Origin: Isurus oxyrinchus
Taxonomy: Eukaryota
Length of the DNA stretch: 64,000 nt
NCBI GenBank assembly: GCA_026770705.1
Contig: JANJGN010000035.1
Coordinates: forward strand, 6,820,001 to 6,884,000
Direction: 5' to 3'
Part shown: in pieces, positions 24,850-38,274 of the stretch
Numbering within the stretch: position 1 is the first letter of the stretch
Layout of the letters: every line of letters begins with the position of its first letter
Notes under the pieces: model-generated
The model's database searches: none
What the model was told of the DNA's origin: nothing
Seen by the model: only the letters and a program-made list of their open reading frames with translations
Position numbers and translations under genes: made by a program

Positions 24850-26534
24850 CTCCAGAATTTGCATTTATCTAAAAGTCCTGATAGCTGCTCGATCCCTTTA
24901 ATTTGTATTGAACAGCAAGTCAAATCCACTTCTTAAAAAGAAACGGCACATTCACAAACTGTTGCAAAGCCCATGCAATGCACTGGAGTTAGACACAACC
25001 TAGAAAGATTAATCTTCTTTGTAGAGGTAGACAATAGGTTCATCAGTTCTGAGTTCCTGGATTCATACATTTGATGGAATCTGGAGAGAAGTTTTATCAT
25101 CTGATCCTGCAGGTCAATATTTTCAATGCTTCTCTCTACCTCTTCTTTCAGCCAGTTTGTAACTTCGTTGGCTGATCAACATAGGCCGACATTTTTGTCA
25201 ACACTGAATTTAAATGTGGAGAAGAGAGGCCAGCCTGGAAACAAAGTTGCATTTCATAATAACCACCATAGCTACTTGTAGCCTCTTGAAGGATTTGTCG
25301 TAATTTTACTTTCTTAAAATTGACGGCCATTGAAAATGCGGCAACAAACTCTTGAAGCTGAAAGTGAGTGAAGACATATGAAAACTTCCCAGACGATCTG
25401 CCTTGATACAGAATTTGAATGAAATGCCCTGAGGTAAGTTTTGAAGGTAATAAATTGCGATAATGAAAATGATCATAATGAATAATTGTTCTTGAACCCC
25501 TCATACGCCACCTCCACACGTTTGAGTAAAACCTCACGCTTCCTTTCATTATTACAGCTTTATATTTCTAATGCGCTGAACAGGAAGGTTGTAAACAACT
25601 CGGTGATAGTTTCAGGAATCGGTATTTCTCTTCTCCTTTGTCCTCCAAATAGAGGTTCCAAGCTGACGCACATAGCACAGGATTAAAAGGGACTAGCACA
25701 CATGCAATGCATTGCGTTGTTTTGTCAAATGCACTCAAGAACATCATCTGCCACCTTGTCATCCCGGAAGAAAAACTTTGACAATAATTTTTTCTTCCTT
25801 CTGGTGGGAAACTGAACATTTCTGTACAATAATTTACGCTTGATTGATCAAGTGATGACAATGCTGGTGAGCAACACCCAACAACTCAGCATTAAAGTCT
25901 GCTGGACCAAGCCTGGGACAATATCAGACACGTCACATGAAAATCTGGGTGGGAACATTGATGTCAGGGAACCTCCTTCATTTGCTTATTATAAAAAAAA
26001 CATTACATCGTCGTATTCATCTAAACCATCCCAAATAAACAGCATCCCGAAAGGATCTTTCCACACGTGTTTAGGGGGATTTTCAAAATAGCCATGTGAT
26101 TCTAGAACGAGCTGTTCCAACTTGTTTCATCTTTTATGACTCGTAACTCACGAAATTTGAACACAAAAACAAACCCGAACCGTTGATATATTTTTCCCTC
26201 GGTCCAGTCATGTACAAGACCAGTTTTAATGATTCCAGCAACACTTGTTACTAAAGAAGTTTCAGACCGACTTGGTCCACTGGAAATATTTGTGAATAAT
26301 GGTCAATGTGCACGGTCTGCTTCAGATTATTAAGTTTTTTAGTTCACAATTGTTTGTCATTTCTAAATATTGTCCACATTTCCCATTCTACAGTGGCTTG
26401 TTCCACAGAGCTTTGAGCGGGAACAAGGTTTGTATGCGATTGTTCTAGAAGAAATGGTTGTACCAATTTCCTTGAATTCACATGTGTCTTATTAGGTTGT
26501 TAAAGGATAAATTGTTTATAAATGTTCTGGATCT
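24850..26534 (-). pseudogene. NACHT/HD exon of the NLR pseudogene
   Basis: SVAGIIKT (damaged Walker A, ~26223-26246), HDWTEGKIYQRFGFVFVFKFREL, MLFIWDGLDEY (Walker B, ~26015-26047), PETITELFT, YVFTHFQLQEFVAA, FQAGLSSP, LCLTPVHC, GIEQLSGLLDKCKFWR ending at donor GTATAT (24849). Stops include the TAA at ~24933. Confidence 0.92.
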
Positions 26535-26634
26535 CAGGAAAATAATTAACAATATAACCTCGCCAAGTTAATATTTGATTTGCATTATGTGCACTTGCAT
26601 ATAACGCCACAAAATAAGCAGCAGCATGTTTATT

Positions 26635-26890
26635 TATCCTTCCACAGAACGCAGGCGTCACTGGCAAGGTGAGCATTAGTTCCCCAACCCCAATTTGCCA
26701 TTTCAGATAACAGTTTGGAATCAACGATATTAATCTGAATCTGCAGTCACAAGCAGGCCTGACCCGGCAAGTATAGCAGATTTCCTTCAGTCAGCCAGAT
26801 GTGTTATTATGATATATGATGTTGATTTAATTTCTAGATTTATTAATTTATTTCAAATCCCACCAGTTGCCACATTGGGATTGTTAGCAT
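26635..26890. mobile_element. SINE fragment (same family as 44035-44410)
   Basis: Shared text: 'ggcgtcactggcaaggtgagcattagttccccaacccc', 'agtcacaagcaggcctgacccggcaagtatagcagatttccttc', 'aaatcccaccagttgccac'. Confidence 0.65.
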
Positions 26891-26934
26891 GTCTTCCCCA
26901 AAGTCACCAAGCCCTCCCTACTACCCACCTTTGT

Positions 26935-27400
26935 CCATGGAAAGAAAAAAAACATAACTTTGCATGATCTTGATATGGGAGATAATTTTCCTATAAGGCA
27001 ACACCCATAAAGATTATATCCAGGAAAATTGACTCTAGGTCGAATGGAAGTTGAATTTGTGCTTGGGAATGACATAATCGAGCCCAATCAAAGTTACTGA
27101 AATTCGCCCATTTCAATGGTAATGAAGCCGGATGAATGACAAAGGCTATGTGTTGATTACTGGAAAGTTAATGCAGTAACAAAGACGGGTACATATCCAA
27201 TGCCACGATTGGTGGTTTGAATCGAGCTTGTGGGATAGTCAGCTTTAATTCCAAAAATTGGCTCACTGCATGGACACTGTAAAGTGCACTTTCAGAAGGG
27301 GCAAAAGATGTATCAGCTTTGGTGACGTCGGATGCATTCTATCAATGGGAAGTAATGTCATAGGTATGAAAAATGCATCAACAATACCTCGTAAAATAAT
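26935..27400 (+). mobile_element. Gypsy RT fragment of the same family as 28350-37700
   Basis: SPISMVMKPD, RLCVDYWKVNAVTK, YPMPR, VMS-GMKNA; near-colinear with 31770-32030 and 36450-36890. Confidence 0.85.
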
Positions 27401-28349
27401 AGTGGAAATATGAATTCAAGGTAAAAGTAATCTCACTGAACATGCGGTCCCTTATGTCTTTGACTTGGCCTCCAGCCATTTCAACAGGCACCATGGGCCT
27501 CCTCTAACTTCCTGCAATCATATTATTTAGGCCTTTGGGGCTCTGATCAACTACGTAAAGCAATAGCGTTTTTTATAACCTGTTGCCCACTTTGAGCTGG
27601 TATTATCCAGTGGGATGGCTTCTGGGTATACCGCTTTTTCAAAAATAACAGGTTGCTTTGCCGTTTCTGATGGCGCTGTACGGTTGCTGGATCCCAATTT
27701 CCAGTTCTTAGGCTTGGTGGCTCCACACGAATCAACATTTTGATCTGAAAGACATCAAATGATCAGCAGTGAAATTTGACCATTTGGCACTCATGTTACT
27801 GGCTGTTAGCGGGACAGGCTCAATTAAAAAAATCTAGTTGCCTCATAGAATTGATGCTTACAATTTTAATTATATTCCAGCATTAACAGCTCTCCATCCC
27901 ACTGAATTTTGGACAATAAAGGGGACATATAAACAAAATGTTACATATGCAAAATGAAGACGAAGCGAGAGGCTAATTAAATCGTGTAATAAATAAGATT
28001 CCATTTTGTAAATAATGGATAATCGCTCAATCAGTTCAAACAGAAGTTCAGAGCCCAATCTACACTAATTGATTCAGAAACCTGTTGACATTAAGGACCC
28101 ATAGAACGCTCAGGGAGTCCATTTTTAAAGTAAATTCGAATTTACTTGTGCTGAGAGCCCACGAAACCGAATGTCAATTGGAACAAATTTGCACCTGTTA
28201 CTTTGAGGAGCATAAAGCACCGTTCAACAAATCAAATTCCAATGAAGCGGAAATTTGAAATCTCTAAATAAAACCATGTTAATACAAGAGAACAAAAATA
28301 CACTTTGCTTGTATGAACAAAATATCTGATCTCTTATCTCTGCGATGAC

Positions 28350-31300
28350 TTTCAGAAGCTGAAATATTGGATTTTGTTAATGTTATTTAAACATGGTGAA
28401 ATTAGTTCAATTAATCGGATGCATAACTGAGTGTATATGTTCATTTATTCATTTTACTCCAAGGTAGAACCAATCGGAATACCTAAGTAATTTTTAAAAA
28501 ATGGGAACACTGAGTTCAGGGAGGTTTTTAGAACCGTGGAGCTCATGTTCAAAGTGGAAGAAGGATATTTAAATAAATATGTTCAGTTGAGTCATTTTGG
28601 TTATGCAAGAGAGATGTTCTGAGTCCAGATCTGTGCTCAGAAATGCCTTGCATTGTCAGTAGCCAGCAAGTCTCAAGTTCAGTTTATTTCCAAACTTCTG
28701 TTGTTTCCATAGCAGCGTGAAATAGAATTAAAATTTGTGTGGTATACGTTATACAAAATTGACAGCAGTTTTGCCTTGAGTGATATTAATAGACTTTCAG
28801 GGTTAGGTATCCACGTGGGAGCTTTTGCCAACGAATTTAATTGTATGTTTTGACCAAGTGCATTTGTTTGGGTGTAAATGTTTTGTAAGACTGTCATGAT
28901 GTCTAACTTTAACGTTGTGTGGATAAGTTATTTTTTCTTGTTAATACATATTTTAACTGTGAAACCTGATGATTATAAGACTGATTCTAGGATTCTGGGA
29001 TTCGTCTATGTCCCTTCATTTACAAAATACAGAAAAAGCGCGTTCAGTTAGCAATGTTTCTATCTGCAACATGGCTTGCACGACGAATAACATTGGGTGC
29101 AATCATTTAAAAATTGTGGATTGTTTGCGGGATGTTATACGTTTCATTGATTGCTTGCCAGTTGTGCATAGAACCAACATGACTGCCAGGAGCATGTTGA
29201 CATCTGAAGATTTGTATTGAGTACTCTAAAGGTAGTCTGAAGGCAGTTACATCTGGGAGTAGAATATGTGACTATTGAGCTTTTGAAATCTTTGGCAAAA
29301 AGAAAGCTGTGAAAATTGCCAGGTAAAGTACAGATAGTAATGAAAGCAAAAACTTGTAAGGCGAGTTTGGTTAAATTTATTTGCCACCATTTAAAGAGAC
29401 GAAAATTATGTGTGCCCCATGTCAAGGTCGAAATAATTCAATTGAAAATGAAGCAGCTTGGTATACAAAGAGAGAGGACAAGGCAAAAATGTGAACTGAA
29501 GGAATGAAGGCTGTAATGAATAGCATTGGGAGATAAAAGGGAAAACAAGGGAAATGTTCAAACACAACACAAGCAAGACAGATGAAGTTAAAAAAGGTTA
29601 CGGACCAATTGAAATAAAAAGAAATTCAATTAATTTTAAAAACAGTCTTCACTGAAAGATAGTTCAGGAAGAAATAGAAAGATGGTATGTGCCATGGTAA
29701 AGTATATCCTTGTGATACAGGAAGAGCAGAGAAGACCGTTAAGACCTTAGGAATGCAGGAAATAACTATTCATTATTGTTACGGCATCGTGACAGTTGCT
29801 GTTCATGTTGGTTATTGTTGGAGAAATGTTAGTTATTGGAATTCATTGTGGCATGACCGGGGACGAAGTGGGGGGGTGGGGGACGGGGGTGGTGGTGGGA
29901 AGTGGGTGCTGTGGGGTGATGGAATTCAAGGGCATTTTCATAGATAACGTAAATTAAACAAGGAAAAACGACTTGAAAGCAGGAGAGGTGAGTCCTACAG
30001 TTGTAGGTAAATTTCCCATTGCAGGCTTTCGAATTATTATAAAAAATGTCCGAGCTGGATCACAAATATTGATTTTGATTCCTGGAGGAAACGATACCTT
30101 AAAGGTGCAATAAACAGAAGTTTTACAGAAATAACATTCTAGGTTGTTTCCAGATTGTGAGTTGACGAGCTTACAGACACACAAACATAAAAAGGAAGTG
30201 GAAGAGTTTAAAATACAGTTCGGGGAGACTCATGATCATTTGGGCAGATCTATATTTCAATGTATAACTCAGGTGTAGACGTTGACCAGGATGAAGTTGA
30301 GTCGTTAAGTTCCTCAAAGTAACGGAGTTATAGCAGCAGAAAGCACAAATGAAGCTTATATGACCGGCAGCTTATTTTCAGAAGAAAAAGCAGAATGGGT
30401 TCCAGGGTTTAATTGCCTTAAAAACAATATGTTAATGTGGAAATGGAGAACGCTTCATGTCGCAGCAGTTAGCAATAGTTCATCAAATTGTTATAACATC
30501 TGGGAACCAGAAAGGAATTTTGGGAGCTGCTCATGAAATCTCAATGGAAGATCATGTATGAATTAGGGAAACTCAAGCAAAGATGCGACTAAAAATATAT
30601 ATATTGACCTTGATCATATAAAGCTGTGGTTAAATCCTTTCAAACATGTAACATATTTCAAGTGATATGAAGATCTCAAACTGTAATTAAAGTTGAACCT
30701 TTCTTTCCAATTCTAGCAATTAAGGAAACTTTTATCATGATATTTGTTTAACATGTAGGATCCCTCCATAAGTCTAAACACTGAAGTCACCATATAATGA
30801 CAATCATGGATGTGCCTATCAGCATTCTAGAAGCAAAACCTCCAGGAAGAAGTACAACAAACTTGATTTTGGAGGAGAAGTCCAAGTTATGTGCATGACA
30901 TGGGCTGGGAGAATGAATAGAATCGGATGAGTGATGAAATTATATGTCAGAGCTGGTTACAAGAGTAATGAAAAGACAGTGGAGGAATAATGCAATTCAG
31001 ATTATAAAACTATCACGGTGGATCTGAATTCTGGTTATAAAGGTAGCATTATACTTGGAGGAAAATGATCTGATGTGCATAGTCAAGACAACCCACTTGT
31101 TTGAAATAGAGTGATTCGATTCATGTTGCTTGCTATTAGGGACGCCCCTAATGAATCAAAAGGGTTCTGGCCTTTCCAATTAACCGATAAACATGATGCA
31201 AGAGGGCATTTCAAATTGTTTCATGAGAAATTAGTAAACCAAAGCACTGAAACACTGTTCCAGGATTATGTGACTAAATTCAGCGAATGATTGAGTAGGG

Positions 31301-32045
31301 CAGGTGAACAAGCTAGGGAACCTTTATGATATGACATTAAATGATTAAACTAAATCTGGGCAAAAGGGTAAAGGCTCGTTGTTCTGTGCATGGGGACAGG
31401 GTGTTAACATTGTTGCTGGTTTTAGGAAAACCGTTATAAGCAAGGATTAGTTGATATTAAGTCGTTGAAAGGAGTCTTAGTGTGTTGAATTACGCATTTA
31501 TTGGGAAACGGCGAAGGAGGCGTCTGAGAATGTGCCATGAAAATATGCTAATAGAGTACTTTACCAGGTGGATAAGCAGAAATATATACTGGTAGTGGTA
31601 ATTAAGGAGAAGGAATCAGAAACTAGAAATTCTGAAATTGACTTCCAATTGATTACATTGACCAATCAAAAAATACTTAACAATCTAAATATGATGAAAA
31701 ATTTCATTCCAGAAAACTGTTAAAGTGATTTACAAATCGCACAAAGCAATTTATGGAATTAGTCCTGGAAAGAAAGAAAAAACATAACTTTGCATGATGA
31801 TGATAAGGGGGATTCTTTTTCAATAAGGCAACACCCAAAGGATTAAATACAGGAAAGTGCACTTTAGTGCGGAGAGAAGTTGAATTTGTGCTTGATAATG
31901 ACAAAATCGACGCCAATCAAAGTTACTGAAATTCGCCCATTACAATGGTTCCAAAAACGGATGAATGTCAAAGGCTATGCATTGATTACCGGAAAGTTGA
32001 TGCAGTAACTAAGGCGGGTACATATCCTATTCGGGTAAAGGCGGG
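28350..32045 (+). mobile_element. Gmr1-like gypsy retrotransposon copy 1 (LTR part, gag, protease, integrase, start of RT), decayed
   Basis: Gag-like KASLVKFICHHLK, protease-adjacent EKTVKTL, integrase HVGSLHKSK/ILEAKP/IRDAPNESKGF (~30.5-31.2 kb), then RT SPITMVPKTD/DYRKV (~31.9-32.0 kb). Confidence 0.8.
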
Positions 32046-35000
32046 TAAAATATTGGATATTGTTAATGTTATTGAAACAACAAATCATTTCAATTAATCG
32101 GATGCATAATTGGGTTTATATATTTGTTTATTTATTTTACCCAAAGCTGGAGCCAATCGGAATACCTAAGTAATTCTAACAATTTGGCAACATTGACTTC
32201 AGGGAGGTTCTTACAACAATGGAGTTCAAGTTGAAAGTGTAAAAGGATATTTAAAGAAATATGTTTAGTTGAGTTCTTTTGGTTATGCAAGAGGGATGTT
32301 CTGTGTCCAGCTCTGTGCTCAGAAAAGCCGTGCATTTTCAACAGCCACCCAGTCTCAAGTTCAGTTTATGTCTGGACTTCCGTTGTTCCATAGAAGAGTG
32401 AATTAGAATTAAAAATCGTGTGGTATGCGTTTTAGAAAATTGACAGCAGTTTTCCCTTGGGTGATATTAATAGACTTTCAGGGTTAGGAATCCGTAAGGG
32501 AGCTGTTTCTAACTAGTTTACCTGTGTATTTTGAGCAACTGGATATTTTTGGGAGCAAATGTTTTCTAAGACTTTCATGATGTGTAATTTTAACCTGGTG
32601 TGCATAAGTTATTTTTTCTTGTCAATACATGTTTTAATTATGAGACCTTAAGTGTATTAGACTGCCTCTAGTATTGTATGTTTCGTATATGTCCCTTCGT
32701 TTACAAAATGCAGAAAAAGCGCGATCAGTTGGCAATGTTTCCATCTGCAACATGGCTTGCACGACAAATAACATTGGCTGTAGTCATTAAAAAATTGTGG
32801 ATTGTTTGCGCAATGTTATGTTTAATTGATTGCTTGCCTGTTTGTGCATAGAACCAGCGTGACTGCCAGGAGCATGCTGAACTCTGAAAATTTGTACTGA
32901 GCACTGTAAAAGTAGTTTGACGGCAATTGCTTCTGGGATTAGAATATGTGACTGTTGAGCTTTTGTAATCTTTGGCAAAAACAGAGCTGACAAAATTGGC
33001 AGGTACACTGCAAGTAGTAATGCAACCAAAAACGTGTAAGGCGGGTTTGGTTAAAACTAATTGCCACCATTTAAAGAGACGAGAATTATGTGTGCCCCAT
33101 CTGAAGGTAGGAAGAATTCAATTGCAAATGACGCAGCTTGGTATACATAGAGAGAGGACAAGGCAACAATGTGAACTGAAGGAAAGAGAGAAGGAATGAA
33201 AGATGTAATGAATAGCATTGGGACAAAAGGGGGAAAAAAGTATAAACGTTAACACACAACACAAGCAAGACAGGTGGACTTAAATAAAAAGTTTATGGAC
33301 TACTTAAATAAACAGAAATGCAAATAAAGTTTTTAAAAATCTTCACTGAAATAAATTGCAAGAAGAAATAGAAAGAGCAAGTGTGCAATAGGTTAAAAAG
33401 TGACAGCTTGAGTTTGGATATCAGAGGGCGAAGGAGGTCAGGCATTATCCTCTGGCTTGTGAAAATGTTGGAATAAAGTAAAACAAAAGGGGATAAATAA
33501 TCATTCAGATGATGAAGTTGATTCATTTGAGCAATTTGGTTCAACAGGGGATCTTCTGTTAGTACCTCATTTCACAAAATATGGAGCTGTAATATATTTG
33601 AACTCCTTTGATAAGATAGCTAGGAACGTGAATTAGCCCAGAAATGCTTGATCTTTACTGTTATAGATTATTTTTTCAAGTATAGCAAGTAAAGTGAAGC
33701 GAGCTCCTGAGAGTAGCAATCAGCAGATTATGAAGCTGTCAAAACTGTCATACCAATTCCTTAGTAGTTTTTCATGCCTGAAGCTCAGGACTATGAGAAA
33801 GCGACATAATCAGGAATTAAAGAGATTGAATCAATATTGCTGTAAGCCGCAATACATATTTAGATGAAAGACAGGTTTAAAGAAGATCAAGGAAAATGCT
33901 TACTTAGCCGATAATTATGAAAGCTTAAACTATGGTTGAGTGCTGGGTAAAGGTCATGCGGTGCTCAGAAAGTGAATTGGGTGTATATGAAAATTAATGA
34001 TGGTAAACATGTTAGTAACAAGGAGCCAGCTGAAGATCCTCAGTCTTGAAAACTCAGAAATCTAGAAACCATATGTGGAGGAAGAGATGTATATGTCACC
34101 TTTTGAAAAACGTTGGATATGCAGGGATAAAGTATTGGAGGTTAAACGCGGAACCAATTGCTGTGATAGAAGCTCAGAAGAGTTCGACAACTAAAATTTC
34201 ACTGTGCTCTGAAACGCAAGTAAAAGGCAGTCCTGAAGGCTTTATAATGGTGAAAAGAAAAGAGTCAGTTTTGCTAAAGAGGTAGGATAGCGCTCACAAC
34301 CTACACAAGAATGTTCTGAAGAGCAAATAACAAAAATGTTTAAAGATGGCATATGCCTTGGAAAGTATGCCCTTGTGATACAGGAAGAGCAAAGAAGACC
34401 GTTAAGACATTAAGAATGCAGGGACTACATATTCATGAATGTTATGGCATCTTCCCATTTGCTGTTCATGTTGGTTATAGTAGGTGTGGGTGACCAGAGG
34501 ACGGGGAACGTGTTGGGGTAGGGGGGGTGGGGGGGGGGAGGGGTGTGGGGGGGGGAGGGTGTCGGGTGAGGTGTTGGGTTCGGTGGCGTGGGGTGATGAA
34601 ATCTAAGGACATTTCGATAGGTAAAATAAATTAAACAAAAGAAAAACAAGCGATTTGCAATCACTAGAGATACCTCCTGTAGTTTTAGAGTAATTTCCCA
34701 TTGCAGGTGTTCGAATTTTTTTAGGAAATGTCATAGCTGGTTCACAAATATTGATTTTGGTTACTGGAGCAAAGCTAGCTTAAACATGCAATAAACAGGG
34801 GCTTTACAGAAATAAGATTCTGAGTTGTTTCCAGATTGTGCGGTGACGAGCTGATAGACACACATACTTAAACAGGAAGGGGAAGACAATAAAACACAGT
34901 CGAGGAGACTCATGAGCATTTGGGCGGATCTATCTTTGAAAATTACGTCAGGAGTAGACTTTGGTGAGGAAAGAAGATGAATCATTAAGTTCCTCAAAGA

Positions 35001-37700
35001 AATTGGAGTTACAGGAGCAGAATGCAGATTTACAGCTGTTATGATAGACAGCTTTTTACAGAAGCAAATGCTGAATATATTGGAGATTTTGATTACCTTA
35101 AAAACAATGTTTTAATGAAGAAGTAGAGACCACTTCAGGTCCCAGCAGTGGGCGCTCGTGCATTAAATTGTGATAACATCTGGGTAACAGAATGAAATTT
35201 TGTCAGTTATTCATGAAATCACATTAGCCATGAACTTATGAATTAGGAAAACTCCAGCAAAGATGCAATGAAACCGAATTCTTTTGTCATCAGTGACATA
35301 AAGATGCAGTTACATTGCATCAAACATGTAACTGATGTCAAGTGAAAAGAAGATCTCGAACTGTAATTAAAGCTGCGCTTTTAATTCCAATTCTAGCATT
35401 TAAGGAACGTTTTAACAGGGCCTTCGATGATTGTTTAGGACCCCTCCGTAAGACTAAACACTGAAGTCACTATTTAATGAAAATCGATGATATGCCAATC
35501 AGAATTCCAGAAGCAGAACCGCCAGGGTGAAGTACAACAAAAATTATTGTGGAGGAGAAGACCAAATTATTTGCCTGACATGGGTTATGGAAATAAATAC
35601 AATCAGATGAACGGTCTAATTTCATTGCATAGCTGGGTAGACGACAAATAAAAAGGAAGCGTAGGAATTCAGTTAATAAAACTATCCCGGTGGATGAGAA
35701 TGTTCGTTGTCAAGCTGGCATTATACTTGGAGGGCTATGATATGATGTGCATAGTCAAGACAGCGCACGTGTTTGTAGTAGAGTGATTCGATTCTTGTTG
35801 CTTGCCATTAGGGGCGCCCCTAATGAATCAGTAGGGTTCAGTTATTTCCAATTAACAGATAATCATGAAGTATGAGGGCATTTCAAATTGATTCCGGAGA
35901 AATTAGTAAGTAAGAGCCCTGAAATATATTTCCAGGATTATATGAATAAATTCAGAGGATGATTGAGCAGGGCATGTGGACTAGCTGCGGACCTATTAAA
36001 GATATCAAATTAGATGATGAAATCAAATCTGGGCAAAAGGGCAAAGGCTTGCTTTTCTGTGACTGGTGACATGGCTTTAGCATTGTTGCCGGTGTCAGGA
36101 CAACCATTAAAAGCAATGTTTAGTTGATATTAACAGGTTTAAAATAGTCTGAGGGCAAGGAACTATTCAGTTGATATCCATTACAGAAGAAAGTGTCAAG
36201 AAATGTATCATACAAGCATGCTGCAAGGGTACTATGCCTTATAGCATAAGCAGAAATAGATACCGGTAGTGGTAAGTAAGTAGAACAAATAAGAAATTCT
36301 GAAATTGACTTCCCACTGATTACATTGGCCAATGAAGAAAAACTTAAAAATCTAAATGTGATGATAAATTACATTCCAGAAAACTTTCGAAATGATTTGC
36401 AAGAACTGTTGCAATCACACAAAGCAGTTCGTGGAATCAGACCAGGAACAAAGCTAACATATCTTTGCATCATGTTTATTTGGCTGATCCTTCATCAATA
36501 TTGCCATAACCATATAGATTAAATCCAGGAAAATGGTCTCGACTGCAGCGGCAAATTTAATTTGTGCTTGAGAATGACATAATCGAACCCAATCAAAGTA
36601 AGAAATTCGCCCATAGCAATAGTGCCAAAGCCGGATGAATGACAAAGACGATGTACTGATTACCGGAAAGTTAACACAATAGCAAAGGAGGGTAAATATC
36701 CTATTCCAAGATTGGTTGTTTGACTCGAGCGTGTGGGACTGTCAGCAATAATTCAAAAAAATGCCTTACTGCGAGGAAACTGTAAAGTACACTTTTCAGA
36801 AGCGGAAAGAGAGGTATCAGATTTTGTGATGACGGATGCTTTCAATAAATGGTGAGTAATGCCATAGGTTTGAAAAATGCATCGACAATAGTTCAGAGTT
36901 TAATGATAAAATTGATTGAAGGATTTGACAATTGTACTCTTTGTTGATGACTTTTTAGCATTCGATGAAATATGGGGCTTGGGCGCGGGGCGTCATTTAC
37001 GACAATTCAAGGAACTGTTTGACTGATGAGAGGAAGACAATTTCGTGATAAATTTTGCTAGAAGCAATTGTTACATAAGTCGACCACCAGCCCTCTGAAA
37101 TATGAAATTAAAAGTTATTGTATAATCCTCAGGGCCTAAAATTCAAAGGGGCGCTTTGAGCTCCCTGGACATGAATGAATTTCCCTTCAACTTCCTGTCA
37201 GATTTCAATAGTTTAGTTTCTTCACTGATTATTGAAAAAGAACAGGATATTCAACGTTAACACAGAATTGTCAGACTGCATTGGGCAGCTTTTAACCATG
37301 ACACCTGTCCTAGAAGCACCCGAAATTACCAACATTTTTCAAATGGCTGGTGACACCCGTGATGTCATGTTGGTGTTATCCTGCTGCAGGGTGATTAACT
37401 TGGCCTTGAAAAACCAGTGGGACATTACTCAATGAAGTAGAAAGTGCATCAGAAGAAACTCTTAGCTGTAGATTCTAAGTTTTGTGTTAACACAGTGGCT
37501 TCTTGAAGTGCATATTGAACACATTTTTTTTCAGAGGCAGTGATCTGTAATGCTCACAATAATTTGTAGTTTCTGGAAAAAAAATACTTTAGAGATTTAA
37601 AAAAAAAGCCAATCAGTACCAGTCTAGTTTGTTTTTGCAATTTTCAACTTAACAATATTCACACATATGGCTGTACAAGAGACAAAAACTGTTGCTGTCT
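32046..37700 (+). mobile_element. Gmr1-like gypsy retrotransposon copy 2 (more complete), decayed
   Basis: Integrase CLGPLRKTK (~35432), RIPEA (~35501), IQSDERSNF (~35597), IRGAPNESVGFS (~35807) precede RT YRLNPG (~36513), SPIAIVPKPD (~36607), DYRKVN, YPIPR, VMP-GLKNA (~36856) and VDD (~36943). Confidence 0.85.
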
Positions 37701-38169
37701 TATCAAGAGTATTTAGGTTCAAAAGGAGTTGGACATTGGGGAATTTAGAATGGAATGAAATGAAGCTTATTCTTCATCAATAATATCTGTATATGTTTTC
37801 ATGGCTGATGCATGTACACAATTGAATAATAGTATTTTTGTAAAGTTTAATAAAGTTTAATCTCCTTCCATTCCATGCCACAATAAAATCTTCAGTCATT
37901 CATCCAGTGGGTTTGTCATTTTGGGCATTCCTGCGAAGACAGTTACGAACAGAAGCCCCTTCCCCTTTGCAAATGATCAACTGTTCCAGATTTCAAATTG
38001 CCAGAGCTGACCTTTGTATGTATATTGATGGGAAAATCGGAGCCGTTTGAAATTGCTTGTTGCATTTCCGTGACTGGACCTGCAGGTATCTCACCCGGTA
38101 ACTGAATCCAACTGTCAATGCTTTCAGTGATATAATGCAAGTGGTTCAGGTCTTTGTGACATTTCTCAC

Positions 38170-38274
38170 CTAAGTCATCAGATGTCACCATATATTTTGC
38201 CAATTCCGTTACGACATAAGTCTGCTTCTCTTCTGATCGTATCTGCTGATATGCGCTTCTCTCATCGTCCACTT
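38170..38274 (-). pseudogene. Candidate 105-bp phase 1-1 linker exon of the NLR locus
   Basis: ttttgcatttcattctccAG|...open frame VDDERSAYQQIRSEEKQTYVVTELAKYMVTSDDL G|GTGAGA; on the same strand, between the CARD-like exons and the NACHT exon. Confidence 0.4.

Larger units (their letters stand above)
14155..26534 (-). pseudogene. NLR (NACHT-LRR) pseudogene, NLRP3/NLRC3-like fish-type
   Basis: Four exons are recognisable: a NACHT exon, two ribonuclease-inhibitor-type LRR exons with AG/GT boundaries, and a terminal exon. In-frame stops and frameshifts are present. Confidence 0.9.
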
